This document shows, piece after piece, positions 11,801-27,700 of a stretch of DNA of 64,000 bases (the first letter of the stretch is position 1; each line of letters starts with the position of its first letter). Source of the stretch: Eledone cirrhosa (lineage: Eukaryota); NCBI GenBank assembly GCA_964016885.1, contig OZ024743.1, positions 206,956,001-207,020,000 of the forward strand, written 5' to 3'. The position numbers and the translations under genes are program-made. The notes beneath the pieces are model-generated. The model made no database searches, had not been told where the DNA came from, and worked only from the letters and a program-made list of their open reading frames with translations.

Positions 11801-14800
11801 GAGCTCATCCACTGGTCAGCTCTGATACTGATCCTTGGCACCATATATACACTGCTGGGAGCTCATCCCACTGGTCAGCTCTGATACTGATACTTGGCAC
11901 CATATATACACTGCTGGGAGCTCATCCCACTGGTCAGCTCCAGCATACTGATCCTTGGTACCATATATACACTGCTGGGAGCTCATCCCACTGGTCAGCT
12001 CTGATACTGATCCTTGGTACCATATATACACTGCTGGGAGCTCAACCCACTGGTCAGCTCTGATACTGAGCCTTGGTACCATATATACACTGCTGGGAGC
12101 TCATCCCACTGGTCAGATCCAGCATACTGATCCTTGGTACCATATATACACTGAAGGGAGCTCATCCCACTGGTCAGCTCTGACAGTGATCCTTGGTACA
12201 CTATATACACTGCAGTGAGCTCATCCCACTGGTCAGCTCTGACAGTGATCCTTGGTACCATATATACACTGCAGGGAGCTCATCCCACTGGTCAGCTCTG
12301 ATACTGATCCTTGGTACCATCTATACACTGGAGGGAGCTCATCCCACTGGTCAGCTCTGATACTGATGCTTGACACAATATATACACTACTGGGAGCTCA
12401 TCCCACTGGTCAGCTCTGATACTGATCCTTGGTACCAGATAAACACTGAAAGGAGCTCATCCCACTGGTCAGCTCCAGCCTACTGATCCTTGGTACCATA
12501 TATACACTGCTGGGAGCTCATCCCACTGGTCAGCTCTGATACTGATCCTTGGTACCATATATACACTGAAGGGAGCTCATCTCACTGGTCAGCTCTGATA
12601 CTCATCCTTGGTACCATATATACACTACTGGGAGCTCATCCCACTGGTCAGCTCTGATACTGATCCTTTGTACCATATATACACTGAAGGGAGCTCATCC
12701 CACTGGTCCGCTCTGATACTGATCCTTGGTACCATATATACACTGCAGGGAGCTCATCCCACTGGTCAGCTCTGATACTGTTCCTTGGCACCATATATAC
12801 ACTTAAGGGAGCTCATCCCACTGGTCAGCTCTGATACTGATCCTTGGCACCATATATACACTGAAGGGAGCTCATCCCACTGGTCAGCTCTGATACTGAT
12901 CCTTGGCACCATATATACACTGCAGGGAGCTCATCCCACTGGTCAGCTCTGATACTGATCCTTGGTACCATATATACACTGCTGGGAGCTCATCCACTGG
13001 TCAGCTCTGATACTGATCCTTGGCACCATATATACACTGCTGGGAGCTCATCCCACTGGTCAGCTCTGATACTGAGCCTTGGCACCATATATACACTGCT
13101 GGGAGCTCATCCCACTGGTCAGCTCCAGCATACTGATCCTTGGTACCATATATACGCTACTGGGAGCTCATCCCACTGGTCAGCTCTGATACTGATCCTT
13201 GGTACCATATATACACTGAAGGGAGCTCATCCCACAGGTCAGCTCTGATATTGATCCTTGGTACCATCTATACACTGAAGGGAGATCATCCCACTGGTCA
13301 GCTCTGATACTGATCCTTGGTACCATATATACACTGCAGGGAGCTCATCCCACTGGTCAGCTCTGATACTGATCCTTGGTGCCATATATACACTGAAGGG
13401 AGCTCATCCCACTGGTCAGCTCTGACAGTGATCCTTGGCATCATATATACACTGCAGGGAACTCATCCCACTGGTCAGCTCTGACAGTGATCCTTGGTAC
13501 CATATATACACTGCAGGGAGCTCATCCCACTGGTCAGCTCTGATACTGACTTTTGGTACCATATATACACTGCTGGGAGCTCATCCCAATGGTCAGCTCC
13601 AGCATACTGATCATTGGCACCATATATACACTGCTGGGAGCTCATCCCACTGGTCAGCTCCAGCATACTGATCCTTGGCACCATATATTCACTGCTAGGA
13701 GCTCATCCCAATGGTCAGCTCCAGCATACTGATCCTTGGTACCATATATACACTGCAGGGAGCTCATCCCACTGGTCAGCTCTGATACTGATTTTTGGTA
13801 CCATATATACACTGCTGGGAGCTCATCCCACTGGTCAGCTGTGATACTGATTTTTGGTACCATATATACACTGCTGGGAGCTCATCCCACTGGTCAGCTC
13901 CAGCATACTGATCCTTGTTACCATATATACACTGCAGGGAGCTCATCCCACAGGTCAGCTCTGATATTGATCCTTGGTACCATCTATACACTGAAGGGAG
14001 ATCATCCCACTGGTCAGCTCTGATACTGATCCTTGGTACCATATATACACTGAGGGGAGCTCATCCCACTGGTCATTTCTGATACTGATCCTTGGTACCA
14101 TATATACACTGCTGGGAGCTCATTCCACTGGTCAGCTCTGATACTGATCCTTGGTACCATATATACACTGAAGGGAGCTCATCCCACTGGTCATTTCTGA
14201 TACTGATCCTTGGTACCATATATACACTGAGGGGAGCTCATCCCACTGGTCATTTCTGATACTGATCCTTGGTACCATATATACACTGAGGGGAGCTCAT
14301 CCCACTGGTCAGCTCTGACAGTGATCCTTGGTACCATGTATACACTGCAGGGAGCTCATCCCACTGGTCAGCTCCAGCATACAGATCCTTGGTACCATAT
14401 ATACACTGCTGGGAGCTCATCCCACTGGTCAGCTCTGATACTGATCCTTGGTACCATATATACACTGCAAGGAGCTCATCCCACTGGTCAGCTCCAGCAT
14501 ACTGATCCTTGGCACCATATGTTCACCGCTAGGAGCTCATCCCACTGGTCAGCTCTGATACTGATCCTTGGTACCATATATACACTGCTGGGAGCTCATC
14601 CCACTGGTAAGCTCCAGCATACTGATCCTGGGTACCATATATTCACTGCAGGGAGCTCATCCCACTGGTCTGCTCTGATACTGATCCTTGGCACCATATA
14701 TACACTGAAGGGAGCTCATCCCACTGGTCAGCTCTGATACTGATCCTTGGTACCATATATACACTGCTGGGAGCTCATCCCACTGGTCAGCTCCAGCATA

Positions 14801-15709
14801 CTGAACCTTGGTACCATATATACGCTACTGGGAGCTCATCCCACTGGTCAGCTCTGATACTGATACTGATACTTGGCACCATTATACACTGCTGGGAGCT
14901 CATCCCACTGGTCAGCTCCAGCATACTGATCCTTGGTACCATATATCGACTGCTGGGAGCTCATCCCACTGGTCAGCTCCAGCATACTGATCCTTGGTAC
15001 CATATATACACTGCTGGGAGCTCATCCCACTGGTCAGCTCTGATACTGATCCTTGGCACCATATATACACTGCTGGGAGCTCATCCCACTGGTCGGGCTC
15101 TGATACTGATCCTTGGTACCATATATACACTGCTGGGAGCTCATCCCACTGGTCAGCTGCAGCATACTGATCCTTGGTACCATATATTCACTGCAGGGAG
15201 CTCATCCCACTGGTCAGCTCTGATACTGATCCTTGGTACCATATATACACTGCTGGGAGCTCCTCCCACTGGTCAGATCCGGCATACTGATCCTTGGTAC
15301 CATATATACACTGCTGGGAGCTCATCCCACTGGTCGGGCTCTGATACTGATCCTTGGTACCATATATACACTGCTGGGAGCTCATCCTACTCGTCAGCTC
15401 TGATACTGATCCTTGGTACCATATATACACTGAAGGGAGCTCATCCCACTGGTCAGCTCTGATACTGATCCTTGGTACCATATATACACTGCTGGGTGCT
15501 CATCCCACTGGTCAGCTCTGATACTGATCCTTGGCACCATATATACACTGCTGGGAGCTCATCCCACTGGTCAGCTCTGATACTGATCCTTGGTACCATA
15601 TATACACTGAAGGGAGATCATCCAACTGGTCATTTCTGATACTGATCCTTGGTACCATATATACACTGAAGGGAGCTCATCCCACTGGTCAGCTCTGACA
15701 GTGATCCTT

Positions 15710-18700
15710 GGTACCATATATACACTGCTGGGAGCTCATCCCACTGGTCAGCTCTGATACTGATCCTTGGTACCATATATACACTGCAAGGAGCTCATCC
15801 CACTGGTCAGCTCCAGCATACTGATCCTTGGCAGCATATATTCACCGCTAGGAGCTCATCCCACTGGTCAGCTCTGATACTGATACTGATACTTGGCACC
15901 ATTATACACTGCTGGGAGCTCATCCCACTGGTCAGCTCCAGCATACTGATCCTTGGTACCATATATACACTGCTGGGAGCTCATCCCACTGGTCAGCTCT
16001 GATACTGATCCTTGGCACCATATATACACTGCTGGGAGCTCATCCCACTGGTCAGCTCTGATACTGATCCTTGGTACCATATATACACTGCTGGGAGCTC
16101 ATCCCACTGGTCAGCTCCAGCATACTGATCCTTGGTACCATATATACACTGGTGGGATCTCATCCCACTGGTCAGCTCTGATACTGATCCTTGGTACCAT
16201 ATATACACTGCTGGGAGCTCATCCCACTGGTCAGCCCTGATACTGAGCCTTGGTACCATATATACACTGCTGGGAGCTCATCCCACTGGTCAGCCCTGAT
16301 ACTGAGCCTTGGTACCATATATACACTACTGGGAGCTCATCCTACTGGTCAGCTCTGATATTGATCCTTGGTACCATATATACACTGAAGGGAGCTCATC
16401 CCAGTGGTCAGCTCTGATACTGATCCTTGGTACCATATATACACTGCAAGGAGCTCATCCCACTGGTCAGCTCCAGCATACTGATCCTTGGCACCATATA
16501 TTCACTGCTAGGAGCTCATCCCACTGGTCAGCTCCAGCATACTGATCCTTGGTACCATATATACACTGCAGGAGCTCATCCCACTGGTCAGCTCCAGCAT
16601 ACTGATCCTTGGTACCATATATTCACTGCAGGAGCTCATCCCACTGGTCAGCTCTGATACTGATTCTTGGTACCATATATACACTGCTGGGAGCTCATCC
16701 CACTGGTCAGCTCCAGCATACTGATCCTTGGTACTATATATACACTGCAGGGAGCTCATCCCACTGGTCAGCTCTGATACTGATCCTTGGTACCATATAT
16801 ACACTGCTGGGAGCTCATCCCACTGGTCAGCTCTGATACTGATCCTTGGTACCATATATACACTGCTGGGAGCTCATCCCACTGGTCAGCTCTTATACTG
16901 AGCCTTGGTACCATATATACACTGCTGGGAGCTCATCCCACTGGTCAGCTCCAGCATACTGATCCTTGGTACCATATATACACTGCTGGGAGCTCATCCT
17001 ACTGGTCAGCTCTGATATTGATCCTTGGTACCATATATACACTGCTGGGAGCTCATCCCACTTGTCAGCTCTGATACTGATCCTTGGCACCATATATACA
17101 CTGCTGGGATCTGATCCCACTGGTCAGCTCTGATACTGATCCTTGGTACCATATATACACTGAAGGGAGCTCATCCCACTGGTCATTTCTGATACTGATC
17201 CTTGGTACCATATATACACTGCTGGGAGCTCATCCCACTGGTCAGCTCTGATACTGATCCTTGGTACCATATATACACTGCTGGGAGCTCATCCCACTGG
17301 TCAGCTCCAGCATACTGATCCTTGGTACTATATATACACTGCAGGGAGCTCATCCCACTGGTCAGCTCTGATACTGATCCTTGGTACCATATATACACTG
17401 CTGGGAGCTCATCCCACTGGTCAGCTCCAGCATACTGATCCTTGGTACCATATATACACTGCTGGGAGCTCATCCTACTGGTCAGCTCTGAGACTGATCC
17501 TTGGTACCATATATACACTGAAGGGAGCTCATCCCACTGGTCAGCCCTGATACTGATCCTTGGTACCATATATACACTGCTGGGAGCTCATCCCACTTGT
17601 CAGCTCTGATACTGATCCTTGGCACCATATATACACTGCTGGGATCTGATCCCACTGGTCAGCTCTGATACTGATCCTTGGTACCATATATACACTGAAG
17701 GGAGCTCATCCCACTGGTCATTTCTGATACTGATCCTTGGTACCATATATACACTGCTGGGAGCTCATCCCACTGGTCAGCTCTGATACTGATCCTTGGT
17801 ACCATATATACACTGCTGGGAGCTCATCCCACAGGTCAGCTCTGATACTGAGCCTTGGTACCATATATACACTGCTGGGAGCTCATCCCACTGGTCAGCT
17901 CCAGCATACTGATCCTTGGTACCATATATACACTGCTGGGAGCTCATCCTACTGGTCAGCTCTGATACTGATCCTTGGTACCATATATACACTGAAGGGA
18001 GCTCATCCCACTGGTCAGCTCTGATACTGATCCTTGGTACCATATATACACTGCTCGGAGCTCATCCCACTGGTCAGCTCTGATACTGATCCTTGGCACC
18101 ATATATACACTGCTGGGATCTCATCCCACTGGTCAGCTCTGATACTGATCCTTGGTACCATATATACACTGAAGGGAGCTCATCCCACTGGTCAGCCCTG
18201 ATACTGATCCTTGGTACCATATATACACTGCTGGGAGCTCATCCCACTTGTCAGCTCTGATACTGATCCTTGGCACCATATATACACTGCTGGGATCTGA
18301 TCCCACTGGTCAGCTCTGATACTGATCCTTGGTACCATATATACACTGAAGGGAGCTCATCCCACTGGTCATTTCTGATACTGATCCTTGGTACCATATA
18401 TACACTGCTGGGAGCTCATCCCACTGGTCAGCTCTGATACTGATCCTTGGTACCATATATACACTGCTGGGAGCTCATCCCACAGGTCAGCTCTGATACT
18501 GAGCCTTGGTACCATATATACACTGCTGGGAGCTCATCCCACTGGTCAGCTCCAGCATACTGATCCTTGGTACCATATATACACTGCTGGGAGCTCATCC
18601 TACTGGTCAGCTCTGATACTGATCCTTGGTACCATATATACACTGAAGGGAGCTCATCCCACTGGTCAGCTCTGATACTGATCCTTGGTACCATATATAC

Positions 18701-21700
18701 ACTGCTCGGAGCTCATCCCACTGGTCAGCTCTGATACTGATCCTTGGCACCATATATACACTGCTGGGATCTCATCCCATTGGTCAGCTCTGATACTGAT
18801 CCTTGGTACCATATATACACTGCAGGGAGCTCATCCCACTGGTCAGCTCCAGCATACAGATCCTTGGGACCATATATACACTGCTGGGAGCTCATCCCAC
18901 TGGTCAGCTCTGATACTGATCCTTGGTACCATATATACACTGCAAGGAGCTCAACCCACTGGCCAGCTCCAGCATACTGATCCTTGGTACCATATATACA
19001 CTGCTGGGAGCTCATCCTACTGGTCAGCTCTGATACTGATCCTTGGTACCATATATACACTGAAGGGAGCTCATCCCACTGGTCAGCTCTGATACTGATC
19101 CTTGGTACCATATATACACTGCTGGGAGCTCCTCCCACTTGTCAGCTCTGATACTGATCCTTGGCACCATATATACACTGCTGGGAGCTCATCCCACTGG
19201 TCAGCTCTGATACTGATCCTTGGTACCATATATACACTGAAGGGAGCTCATCCCACTGGTCAGCTCTGATACTGATCCTTGGTACCATATATACACTGCT
19301 GGGAGCTCATCCCACTGGTCAGCTCTGATACTGATCCTTGGCACCATATATACACTGCTGGGACCTCATCCCACTGGTCAGCTCCAGCATACTGATCCTT
19401 GGTACCATATATACGCTACCAGGAGCTCATCCCACTGGTCAGCTCTGATACTGATCCTTGGCACCATATATACACTGCTGGGAGCTCATCCCACTGGTCA
19501 GCTCTGATACTGATACTTGGCACCATTATACACTGCTGGGAGCTCATCCCACTGGTCAGCTCTGATACTGATCCTTGGTACCATATATACACTGCTGGGA
19601 GCTCATCCCACTGGTCAGCTCTGATAGTGATCCTTGGTACCATATATACACTGAAGGGAACTCATCCCACTGGTCAGCTCTGATAGTGATCCTTGGTACC
19701 ATATATACACTGCTGGGAGCTCATCCCAGTGGTCAGCTCTGATACTGATCCTTGGCACCATATATGCACTGCTGGGAGCTCATCCCACCGGTCAGCTCCA
19801 GCATACTGATCCTTGGTACCATATATACACTGCTGGGAGCTCATCCCACTGGTCAGCTCTGATACTGAGCCTTGGTACCATATATACAGTGCTGGGAGCT
19901 CATCCTACTGGTCAGCTCTGATACTGATCCTTGGTACCATATATACACTGAAGGGAGCCCATCCCACTGGTCAGCTCTGATACTGATCCTTGGTACCATA
20001 TATACACTGAAGGGAGCTCATCCCACTGGTCATTTCTGATACTGATCCTTGGTACCATATATACACTGCTGGGAGCTCATCCTACTGGTCAGCTCTGATA
20101 CTGATCCTTGGTACCATATATACACTGCTGGGAGCTCATCCCACTGGTCAGCTCTGATACTGATCCTTGGTACCATATATACACTGCTGGGAGATCATCC
20201 CACTTGTCAGCTCTGATACTGATCCTTGGCACCATATGTACACTGCTGGGAGCTCATCCCACTGGTCAGCTCTGATACTGATCCTTGGTACCATATATAC
20301 ACTGAAGGGAGCTCATCCCACTGGTCAGCTCTGATAGTGATCCTTGGTACCATATATACACTGCTGGGAGCTCATCCCTCTTGTCAGCTCTGATACTGAT
20401 CCTTGGCACCATATATACACTGCTGGGAGCTCATCCCACTGGTCAGCTCTGATACTGATCCTTGGTACCATATATACACTGAAGTGAGCTCATCCCACTG
20501 GTCATTTCTGATAGTGATACTTGGTACCATATATACACTGAAGGGAGCTTATCCCACTGGTCAGCTCTGACAGTGATCCTTGGTACCATATATACACTGC
20601 AGGGAGCTCATCCCATTGGTCAGCTCCAGCATACAAATCATTGGTACCATATATACACTGCTGGAAGCTCATCCCACTGGTCAGCTCTGATACTGATCCT
20701 TGGTACCATATATACACTGCGGGGAGCTCATCCCACTGGTCAGCTCCAGCATACTGATCCTTGGTACCATATATACACTGCTGGGAGCTCATCCCACTGG
20801 TCCGCTCTGATACTGATCCTTGGTACCATATATACACTGCTGGGAGCTCCTCCCACTTGTCAGCTCTGATACTGATCCTTGGCACCATATATACACTGCT
20901 GGGAGCTCATCCCACTGGTCAGCTCTGATACTGATCCTTGGTACCATATATACACTGAAGGGAGCTCATCCCACTGGTCAGCTCTGATACTGATCCTTGG
21001 TACCATATATACACTGCTGGGAGCTCATCCCACTGGTCAGCTCTGATACTGATCCTTGGCACCATATATACACTGCTGGGACCTCATCCCATTGGTCAGC
21101 TCCAGCATACTGATCCTTGGTACCATATATACGTTACCGGGAGCTCATCCCACTGGTCAGCTCTGATACTGATACTGATACTTGGCACCATTATACACTG
21201 CTGGGAGCTCATCCCACTGGTCAGCTCTGATACTGATCCTTGGTACCATATGTACACTGCTGGGAGCTCATCCCACTGGTCAGCTCTGATAGTGATCCTT
21301 GGTACCATATATACACTGAAGGGAGCTCATCCCACTGGTCAGCTCTGATAGTGATCCTTGGTACCATATATACACTGCTGGGAGCTCATCCCACTGGTCA
21401 GCTCTGATACTGATCCTTGGCACCATATATGCACTGCTGGGAGCTCATCCCACTGGTCAGCTCCAGCATACTGATCCTTGGTACCATATATACACTGCTG
21501 GGAGCTCATCCCACTGGTCAGCTCTGATACTGAGCCTTGGTACCATATATACACTGCTGGGAGCTCATCCTACTGGTCAGCTCTGATACTGATCCTTGGT
21601 ACCATATATACACTGAAGGGAGCCCATCCCACTGGTCAGCTCTGATACTGATCCTTGGTACCATATATACACTGCTGGGATCTCATCCCACTGGTCAGCT

Positions 21701-24700
21701 CTGATACTGATCCTTGGTACCATATATACACTGAAGGGAGCTCATCCCACTGGTCATTTCTGATACTGATCCTTGGTACCATATATACACTGAAGGGATC
21801 TCATCCCACTGGTCAGCTCTGACAGTGATACTTGGTACCATATATACACTGCAGGGAGCTCATCCCACTGGTCAGCTCCAGCATACAGATCCTTGGTACC
21901 ATATATACACTGCTCGGAGCTCATCCCACTGGTCAGCTCTGATACTGATCCTTGGTACCATATATACACTGCAGGGAGCTCAACCCACTGGTCAGCTCCA
22001 GCATACTGATCCTTGGTAACATATATACACTGCTGGGAGCTCATCCCACTGGTCCGCTCTGATACTGATCCTTGGTACCATATATACACTGAAGTGAGCT
22101 CATCCCACTGGTCATTTCTGATAGTGATACTTGGTACCATATATACATTCAAGGGAGCTCATCCCACTGGTCAGCTCTGACAGTGATCCTTGGTACCATA
22201 TATACACTGCAGGGAGCTCATCCCATTGGTCAGCTCCAGCATACAAATCATTGGTACCATATATACACTGCTGGGAGCTCATCCCACTGGTCAGCTCTGA
22301 TACTGATCCTTGGTACCATATATACACTGCGGGGAGCTCATCCCACTGGTCAGCTCCAGCATACTGATCCTTGGTAACATATATACACTGCTGGGAGCTC
22401 ATCCCACTGGTCCGCTCTGATACTGATCCTTGGTACCATATATACACTGCTGGGAGCTCATCCCACTGGTCAGCTCTGATACTGATCCTTGGTAACAAAT
22501 ATACACTGAAGGGAGCTCATCCCACTGGTCAGCTCTGATACTGATCCTTGGAACCATATATACACTGCTGGGAGCTCATCCCACTGGTCAGCTCAAGCAT
22601 ACAGATCCTTGGTACCATATATACACTGCTGGGAGCTCATCCCACTGGTCAGCTCTGATACTGATCCTTGGTACCATATATACACTGCAAGGAGCTCATC
22701 CCACTGGTCAGCTCCAGCATACTGATCCTTGGCAGCATATATTCACCGCTAGGAGCTCATCCCACTGGTCAGCTCTGATACTGATACTGATACTTGGCAC
22801 CATTATACACTGCTGGGAGCTCATCCCACTGGTCAGCTCCAGCATACTGATCCTTGGTACCATATATACACTGCTGGGAGCTCATCCCACTGGTCAGCTC
22901 TGATACTGATCCTTGGCACCATATATACACTGCTGGGAGCTCATCCCACTGGTCAGCTCTGATACTGATCCTTGGTACCATATATACACTGCTGGGAGCT
23001 CATCCCACTGGTCAGCTCCAGCATACTGATACTTGGTACCATATATACACTGGTGGGATCTCATCCCACTGGTCAGCTCTGATACTGATCCTTGGTACCA
23101 TATATACACTGCTGGGAGCTCATCCCACTGGTCAGCCCTGATACTGAGCCTTGGTACCATATATACACTGCTGGGAGCTCATCCCACTGGTCAGCCCTGA
23201 TACTGAGCCTTGGTACCATATATACACTGCTGGGAGCTCATCCTACTGGTCAGCTCTGACACTGATCCTTGGTACCATATATACACTGAAGGGAGCTCAT
23301 CCCACTGGTCAGCTCTGATACTGATCCTTGGTACCATAAATACACTGCTGGGAGCTCATCCCACTGGTCAGCTCTGATACTGATCCTTGGCACCATATAT
23401 ACACTGCTAGGAGCTCATCCTACTGGTCAGCTCTGATATTGATCCTTGGTACCATATATACACTGAAGGGAGCTCATCCCAGTGGTCAGCTCTGATACTG
23501 ATCCTTGGTACCATATATACACTGCAAGGAGCTCATCCCACTGGTCAGCTCCAGCATACTGATCCTTGGCACCATATATTCACTGCTAGGAGCTCATCCC
23601 ACTGGTCAGCTCCAGCATACTGATCCTTGGTACCATATATAGACTGCTGGGAGCTCATCCCACTGGTCAGCTCCAGCATACTGATCCTTGGTACCATATA
23701 TTCACTGCAGGAGCTCATCCCACTGGTCAGCTATGATACTGATTCTTTGTACCATATATACACTGCTGGGAGCTCATCCCACTGGTCAGCTCTGATACTG
23801 ATCCTTGGCACCATATATACACTGCAGGGAGCTCATCCCACTGGTCAGCTCCAGCATACTGATCCTTGGTACTATATATACACTGCAGGGAGCTCATCCC
23901 ACTGGTCAGCTCTGATACTGATCCTTGGTACCATATATACACTGCTGGGAGCTCATCCCACTGGTCAGCTCTGATACTGATCCTTGGTACCATATATACA
24001 CTGCTGGGAGCTCATCCCACTGGTCAGCTCTGATACTGAGCCTTGGTACCATATATACACTGCTGGGAGCTCATCCCACTGGTCAGCTCCAGCATACTGA
24101 TCCTTGGTACCATATATACACTGCTGGGAGCTCATCCTACTGGTCAGCTCTGATACTGATCCTTGGTACCATATATACACTGAAGGGAGCTCATCCCACT
24201 GGTCAGCCCTGATACTGATCCTTGGTACCATATATACACTGCTGGGAGCTCATCCCACTTGTCAGCTCTGATACTGATCCTTGGCACCATATATACACTG
24301 CTGGGAGCTGATCCCACTGGTCAGCTCTGATACTGATCCTTGGTACCATATATACACTGAAGGGAGCTCATCCCACTGGTCATTTCTGATACTGATCCTT
24401 GGTACCATATATACACTGCTGGGAGCTCATCCCACTGGTCAGCTCTGATACTGATCCTTGGTACCATATATACACTGCTGGGAGCTCATCCCACAGGTCA
24501 GCTCTGATACTGAGCCTTGGTACCATATATACACTGCTGGGAGCTCATCCCACTGGTCAGCTCCAGCATACTGATCCTTGGTACCATATATACACTGCTG
24601 GGAGCTCATCCTACTGGTCAGCTCTGATACTGATCCTTGGTACCATATATACACTGAAGGGAGCTCATCCCACTGGTCAGCTCTGATACTGATCCTTGGT

Positions 24701-27700
24701 ACCATATATACACTGCTCGGAGCTCATCCCACTGGTCAGCTCTGATACTGATCCTTGGCACCATATATACACTGCTGGGATCTCATCCCACTGGTCAGCT
24801 CTGATACTGATCCTTGGTACCATATATACACTGAATGGAGCTCATCCCACTGGTCATTTCTGATACTGATCCTTGGTACCATATATACACTGAAGGGATC
24901 TCATCCCACTGGTCAGCTCTGACAGTGATCCTTGGTACCATATATACACTGCAGGGAGCTCATCCCACTGGTCAGCTCCAGCATACAGATCCTTGGTACC
25001 ATATATACACTGCAAGGAGCTCAACCCACTGGTCAGCTCGAGCATACTGATCCTTGGTACCATATATACACTGCTGGGAGCTCATCCTACTGGTCAGCTC
25101 TGATACTGATCCTTGGTACCATATATACACTGAAGGGAGCTCATCCCACTGGTCAGCTCTGATACTGATCCTTGGTACCATATATACACTGCTGGGAGCT
25201 CCTCCCACTTGTCAGCTCTGATACTGATCCTTGGCACCATATATACACTACTGGGAGCTCATCCCACTGGTCAGCTCTGATACTGATCCTTGGTACCATA
25301 TATACACTGAAGGGAGCTCATCCCACTGGTCAGCTCTGATACTGATCCTTGGTACCATATATACACAGCTGGGAGCTCATCCCACTGGTCACCTCTGATA
25401 CTGATCCTTGGTACCATATATACACTGCTGGGAGCTCATCCCACTGGTCAGCTCTGATACTGATCCTTGGCACCATATATACACTGCTGGGACCTCATCC
25501 CACTGGTCAGCTCCAGCATACTGATCCTTGGTACCATATATACGCTACCGGGAGCTCATCCCACTGGTCAGCTCTGATACTGATACTGATACTTGGCACC
25601 ATTATACACTGCTGGGAGCTCATCCCACTGGTCAGCTCTGATACTGATCCTTGGTACCATATATACACTGCTGGGAGCTCACCCCACTGGTCAGCTCTGA
25701 TAGTGATCCTTGGTACCATATATACACTGAAGGGAGCTCATCCCACTGGTCAGCTCTGATAGTGATCCTTGGTACCATATATACACTGCTGGGAGCTCAT
25801 CCCACTGGTCAGCTCTGATACTGATCCTTGGCACCATATATGCACTGCTGGGAGCTCATCCCACTGGTCAGCTCCAGCATACTGATCCTTGGTACCATAT
25901 ATACACTGCTGGGAGCTCATCCCACTGGTCAGCTCTGATACTGAGCCTTGGTACCATATATACACTGCTGGGAGCTCATCCTACTGGTCAAATCTGATAC
26001 TGATCCTTGGTACCATATATACACTGAAGGGAGCTCATCCCACTGGTCAGCTCTGATACTGATCCTTGGTACCATATATACACTGCTGGGAGCTCATCCC
26101 ACTGGTCAGCTCTGATACTGATCCTTGGTACCATATATACACTGCTGGGAGCTCATCCCACTTGTCAGCTCTGATACTGATCCTTGGCACCATATGTACA
26201 CTGCTGGGAGCTCATCCCACTGGTCAGCTCTGATACTGATCCTTGGTACCATATATACACTGAAGGGAGCTCATCCCACTGGTCAGCTCTGATACTGATC
26301 CTTGGTACCATATATACACTGCTGGGAGCTCATCCCTCTTGTCAGCTCTGATACTGATCCTTGGCACCATATATACACTGCTGGGAGCTCATCCCACTGG
26401 TCAGCTCTGATACTGATCCTTGGTACCATATATACACTGAAGTGAGCTCATCCCACTGGTCATTTCTGATAGTGATACTTGGTACCATATATACACTGAA
26501 GGGAGCTCATCCCACTGGTCAGCTCTGACAGTGATCCTTGGTACCATATATACACTGCAGGGAGCTAATCCCATTGGTCAGCTCCAGCATACAAATCATT
26601 GGTACCATATATACACTGCTGGGAGCTCATCCCACTGGTCAGCTCTGATACTGATCCTTGGTACCATATATACAATGCGGGGAGCTCATCCCACTGGTCA
26701 GCTCCAGCATACTGATCCTTGGTACCATATATACACTGCTGGGAGCTCATCCCACTGGTCCGCTCTGATACTGATCCTTGGTACCATATATACACTGCTG
26801 GGAGCTCCTCCCACTTGTCAGCTCTGATACTGATCCTTGGCACCATATATACACTGCTGGGAGCTCATCCCACTGGTCAGCTCTGATACTGATCCTTGGT
26901 ACCATATATACACTGAAGGGAGCTCATCCCACTGGTCAGCTCTGATACTGATCCTTGGTACCATATATACACTGCTGGGAGCTCATCCCACTGGTCAGCT
27001 CTGATACTGATCCTTGGCACCATATATACACTGCTGGGACCTCATCCCACTGGTCAGCTCCAGCATACTGATCCTTGGTACCATATATACGCTACCGGGA
27101 GCTCATCCCACTGGTCAGCTCTGATACTGATACTGATACTTGGCACCATTATACACAGCTGGGAGCTCATCCCACTGGTCAGCTCTGATACTGATCCTTG
27201 GTACCATATATACACTGCTGGGAGCTCATCCCACTGGTCAGCTCTGATAGTGATCCTTGGTACCATATATACACTGAAGGGAGCTCATCCCACTGGTCAG
27301 CTCTGATAGTGATCCTTGGTACCATATATACACTGCTGGGAGCTCATCCCACTGGTCAGCTCTGATACTGATCCTTGGCACCATATATGCACTGCTGGGA
27401 GCTCATCCCACTGGTCAGCTCCAGCATACTGATCCTTGGTACCATATATACACTGCTGGGAGCTCATCCCACTGGTCAGCTCTAATACTGAGCCTTGGTA
27501 CCATATATACAGTGCTGGGAGCTCATCCTACTGGTCAGCTCTGATACTGATCCTTGGTACCATATATACACTGAAGGGAGCCCATCCCACTGGTCAGCTC
27601 TGATATTGATCCTTGGTACCATATATACACTGCTCGGAACTCATCCCACTGGTCAGCTCTGATACTGATCCTTGGCACCATATATACACTGCTGGGATCT

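Larger units (their letters stand above)
1..15200. repeat. Older degraded duplication: ~0.1-5.6 kb resembles ~9.5-15.2 kb (boundaries approximate)
   Basis: ORF pairs 638/10039 (9401), 1824/11166 (9342) and 2496/11955 (9459). Rare variants are shared: CAGATCTTATAC (639/10040), TTCAGAATACTGATCCTTTGT (1947/11289), CTTCGTACC (2257/11540), GGTACACTAT..CAGTGAG (2736/12195), CCAGCCTACT (3075/12475). Confidence 0.82.
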
